64,000 nt of DNA from Thermoplasmata archaeon (lineage in GTDB: Archaea; Thermoplasmatota; Thermoplasmata; Thermoplasmatales; Thermoplasmataceae): the NCBI GenBank assembly GCA_021820565.1, contig JAKADL010000001.1, forward strand, positions 2,786 to 66,785, given 5' to 3'. Shown in pieces: positions 60,578 to 64,000 of the stretch (position 1 is its first letter; each line of letters begins with the position of its first letter). The position numbers and the translations under genes were made by a program. Under the pieces are notes generated by a model. It was given only the letters and a program-made list of their open reading frames with translations. It was not told the DNA's origin and ran no database searches.

Positions 60578-62911
60578 TTATTTAAAAAAATCCTCTATGT
60601 TTCGCTTTCCGGGTTTTTCCTGAAATGAATCGGTAATTTTACTCTGTGGATTTTTGAATACAGTTACCTCCCTGTCCAGGCTTTCCAGTACCCTGTTGAG
60701 TGTTTCCTGAAGCCTCTTGGAGTAATAGGTATAATCTGGCCTGTACGTGAATTCCTGCCCATCGATGAATGGCTCCACTCCCTGGGGAGTTTTATTTGCA
60801 TCCGTAACGATCCATGAAACCTTCATTCCCGGAATAAATGTTTCTCCCCTTTCTATTAATTTTTTGGCTGCATTTACATTGGCCATGGAATCTGCATTCT
60901 TATACGTGGAAAAATTCTTTACACTTCTGGATATAACCAGCCTGCTGTTATCTATTGTTCCTGCCGCAACTTCCTTTATTAGGTTTTCTGCGTATTTTTT
61001 TGCTCCTTCCACGTCCCTTGATAATATCAGATCAAATACCCGGGATAGTGCCTCACTCTGCAGGTCGAAAGAATCTGTACGCCTTGTTTCGTATCCTCTT
61101 ACCAGGATTTCTCCGGCCGAGGAAGGTGGATATACAATCTTTCCCGCGTATCTTTTCTTGGCACCGTGTGAAAATAATGGGTCCATGATTTTCTCGAACT
61201 CAAGAATAAGCTGCTCACGTTCCGATATCTCTGAACTCAGTTTATGCCCGTATTCTATAGCCTCATCCAGTGTTTTCTTTCCGGATTCTATGAAAATGGA
61301 ATCTGTATCCCCGTATATGACTTTATTACCAGTTTTTTCCAGATCATCGATTATAGACGTTATTGTATTTCTTGCAAAGGCCGTGATCGCACTGCTTATT
61401 TCCCTGTTAGTGAACCGGTAAAAGGAAGTGCCAAGAACTCCATAAAATGTGTTCATCAACACTTTTATAGCAGCCTGCAGCCCATCCAGGTACTCATAAT
61501 TGGCCTTATCAGTCTTCATCTGTTTCTTGACCTCGTCACGTTTTTTCATGAGCTGTTCTAGCAAATCAGGTATCAATCCTTTCTTGACATCCGCTGAAAG
61601 GAACTTGGCACCGTTGGGGGCCACAATGGTTCCTTCACTACTCAGGGTTGTGAAACATATATTATATTTAATAATCATTGATGGGTACATACTTTTGAAG
61701 TCAAGTACGACTATCATATCAAAAAGCCCGGGATCCATGGTATGCACATAACCACCGGCATATGTATCATTAGAGAATTTGGATGAGCTCATGGGTACCC
61801 CTATGTTTTCCCGATCAGCCCTTCTTATCAGGAGGGAATCTACATAAGTGCTTGTTCCGCCATTGGTTACATCATCCAGTGGAAGCATGGAAACGGTTGA
61901 AAGATATAAATTTCTGTCCAGTATCCGTATTTGCCGGTATATCAGTAAAGCAAGCCTGGCATCCTTGATACAGTATTTTATAACATCGTCAGGTCTTTTT
62001 GCCCACTCATTTTCTATATCAAGCCGGTTTACGTTTTCCTTCCCCTCATTGAGTAGCAAATGAGAAACATAATTGAGCGTCTCATGCTTGGGATGCAGAA
62101 CCTTTCTCACCTCCCACCATGTGTCATCAATTACCCTTCCATGAAGCCTCCAGTACTGGTCCATTATCCTTCTTGGAGGAATAAAATCCCTTCCTATCCT
62201 GAACTGGATTCTGTTGAACCTCATTCTCTCCTCCAGGAGTGGCATATCATATCCATCTATGTTGTACCCTGTAATTAAATCAGGGTCCTCCTGCTGCACC
62301 AGTTTATTGAAATTTTCAAGTATTTCAGATTCCTTTCCCGTGAGTGAGCCCTCGGTTATATTCCCTCTGAAATATATAGAATATCCAATCACAAAAATTT
62401 GCCTTGTTGAGATGGAATTCTCTATATCAAAGGAAAATATTTTAAGCTGAGGATTGAAGTCATCTGTCTTTTTCACTTCATTTATTTTAATAACAAGGTC
62501 TGTTGTATAATTGTTCTTTTCTGATTCTGCAGATTCCCCCTCAATTTCCACTGTGGAGCCGAGATCAAAATCATATATGAACCGGTGGTGGAATGGTATA
62601 TCAGCAGCAAGTGCCTGACATGGGCAAATTTTCCTCAGTTCAGGAACCTTCCATGGAGATTTTATGAATATGCGCTTTACATTAACATATTTTCCATCCA
62701 GGAATAATTGTTTATCCTCCATTCTGATGAATTCTGGATTTGATTCAATGGATTTTATGCAAGATTGGTCTGGTTCAACATAATCAAAATATGGTTTGAA
62801 CCCGTAATACAGTGCAGTTATAGACTTGCTGTCCTCGGTACGGCCGAACAGTTCCACAGTCACATCGCTCTGCCTGTAGGATGCGGCAATAACTCTCATC
62901 TTAATTTTCAT
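60578..62911 (-). CDS. polB: Family B DNA polymerase
   Basis: Exonuclease motifs FDIE, YNIDGYD and YCIKD; polymerase motifs DFKSMYPS, KVLMNTFYG, YGDTDS and KKRYAG. Confidence 0.97.
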   Translation of the reverse strand: MKIKMRVIAASYRQSDVTVELFGRTEDSKSITALYYGFKPYFDYVEPDQSCIKSIESNPEFIRMEDKQLFLDGKYVNVKRIFIKSPWKVPELRKICPCQALAADIPFHHRFIYDFDLGSTVEIEGESAESEKNNYTTDLVIKINEVKKTDDFNPQLKIFSFDIENSISTRQIFVIGYSIYFRGNITEGSLTGKESEILENFNKLVQQEDPDLITGYNIDGYDMPLLEERMRFNRIQFRIGRDFIPPRRIMDQYWRLHGRVIDDTWWEVRKVLHPKHETLNYVSHLLLNEGKENVNRLDIENEWAKRPDDVIKYCIKDARLALLIYRQIRILDRNLYLSTVSMLPLDDVTNGGTSTYVDSLLIRRADRENIGVPMSSSKFSNDTYAGGYVHTMDPGLFDMIVVLDFKSMYPSMIIKYNICFTTLSSEGTIVAPNGAKFLSADVKKGLIPDLLEQLMKKRDEVKKQMKTDKANYEYLDGLQAAIKVLMNTFYGVLGTSFYRFTNREISSAITAFARNTITSIIDDLEKTGNKVIYGDTDSIFIESGKKTLDEAIEYGHKLSSEISEREQLILEFEKIMDPLFSHGAKKRYAGKIVYPPSSAGEILVRGYETRRTDSFDLQSEALSRVFDLILSRDVEGAKKYAENLIKEVAAGTIDNSRLVISRSVKNFSTYKNADSMANVNAAKKLIERGETFIPGMKVSWIVTDANKTPQGVEPFIDGQEFTYRPDYTYYSKRLQETLNRVLESLDREVTVFKNPQSKITDSFQEKPGKRNIEDFFK

Positions 62912-63060
62912 TCATGTATAGTATCTGAAATCCATATATATTTTTGTCCAATTCCCGTATTGTCGCAGTTACAATATCTATAAGAATAAGATTTCTTATT
63001 ATGAAAAATAAATATTCCTGGAATCTACTTGCCGGTACCCGGGAATCAAATAACATCAGT

Positions 63061-63579
63061 TCATATAGGGTCTTCATCGTCCTTTGAGAGGTCTTTTATG
63101 CGGTTTATCCCGTCAAGGTCATTCATTATATTGTAAACTGTATCAGGTACATCTGATTTCCAGTTACCACCGTTCAGAATTTTTTGCCTGATTTTTGTAC
63201 CGGACCATGATGCCCTGTTCATCATGGGCATTGAAAGAACTTCATACTGTTTTTCATAGAAGAGACGTCTTACAAGCGGATTATTTGTATAAACCCTGTG
63301 AAATGGTGGTGTCAGTGATTCCACATGTGCAACCCACATAGGGTTGGAATTAACATCCTCGATTGGTACTATATAATAATTTGAAATACCACTATTTTCC
63401 AGTGTATTCAGTATCATGAGATAACGCTCACCGGCTGTAAAAGGATTCATGAGTGTATGTGAAAGCTGGGCACTTCCTATTCCTATAACAACGTATTCAT
63501 TATGTTCGAGTATGTGTTTTATTATTGCCAGATGCCCGTTGTGAAATGGCTGAAACCTGCCTATGATAAAAGCCTTCAT
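63061..63579 (-). CDS. Nicotinamide-nucleotide adenylyltransferase
   Basis: GRFQPFHNGH, NPFTAGER and SGTKIR motifs. Confidence 0.95.
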   Translation of the reverse strand: MKAFIIGRFQPFHNGHLAIIKHILEHNEYVVIGIGSAQLSHTLMNPFTAGERYLMILNTLENSGISNYYIVPIEDVNSNPMWVAHVESLTPPFHRVYTNNPLVRRLFYEKQYEVLSMPMMNRASWSGTKIRQKILNGGNWKSDVPDTVYNIMNDLDGINRIKDLSKDDEDPI

Positions 63580-63639
63580 TTAACCGTAATCGGGATTTTA
63601 TAAATAAATCTTTATGAACAGGAAGAATTGAGTATTCCC

Positions 63640-64000
63640 CTATCCGCGATTGATTCCGTTGCTGTTCTGGAAATTTCCTGACCTTGAAGCATAGTTTTTT
63701 GCAGGTGCATTTATTTCATAAAAAACAATCTGTACGAACTTCATGCCTGAATTGATTCTGATAGACTCACCGAAATTATAAAATGTCATTGTAAGGTTTC
63801 CTGAAAAACCGGCGTCTACAAAACCGAATGAGGAAAATATCCCGTGCCGTGAATATCTGGATTTTATATACAGTGCTGCTACAATATTATCCGGCATGCT
63901 CAATTTCTCGAGGCTGGAAATAAAAAATAGCTGATTTTTTTCTACCGTTTCTCCACTATGTTCTCCTATCCTCAAATCATAGCCATTGGGTGTCAGGCAA
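63640..64000 (-). CDS. dcd: dCTP deaminase (5' end outside window)
   Basis: Frame extends to the window edge (CLTPNGYDLRIG); KSRYSRHG, VDAGFSGNLT and FVQIVF motifs. Confidence 0.85.
   Translation of the reverse strand, partial: CLTPNGYDLRIGEHSGETVEKNQLFFISSLEKLSMPDNIVAALYIKSRYSRHGIFSSFGFVDAGFSGNLTMTFYNFGESIRINSGMKFVQIVFYEINAPAKNYASRSGNFQNSNGINRG

Noticed and set aside
1..64000. Numerous antisense or alternate-frame ORFs in the track (e.g. 3737-4426, 24024-24872, 26477-27067, 60747-61421)
   Set aside because: They shadow well-supported genes on the opposite strand or frame and carry no motifs.
1..64000. CRISPR array, rRNA, integrase or prophage
   Set aside because: No regularly spaced direct repeats, rRNA-like segment or recombinase gene seen by eye; the IscB has no adjacent array.

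Overview
AT-rich archaeal chromosomal segment. Gene content (SOR, grpE-dnaK-dnaJ, L15e, PolB, PINA, otsAB plus GH15, LysW pathway) points to Thermoplasmatales, most likely Ferroplasma-like; this assignment is an inference. Most of the window is housekeeping and metabolism: about 55 CDS, tRNA-Val(GAC) and tRNA-Ser(TGA). The main feature is a 1,509-bp non-autonomous IS200/IS605-superfamily OMEGA element (omega-RNA plus iscB) sitting exactly at the lysZ/lysJ junction of the lysWYZJXK operon. Its predicted guide is the 3' end of lysZ, its predicted TAM (ATGAA) contains the lysJ start codon, and it appears to preserve translation through the operon. The second feature is a candidate ESCRT-III/Vps4-like membrane-remodelling module: two MIT-AAA ATPases, a Snf7-like helical protein and uncharacterised neighbours. 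lysW and a 37-aa ORF missing from the ORF track were read by hand. All calls come from motif recognition; no searches were run.
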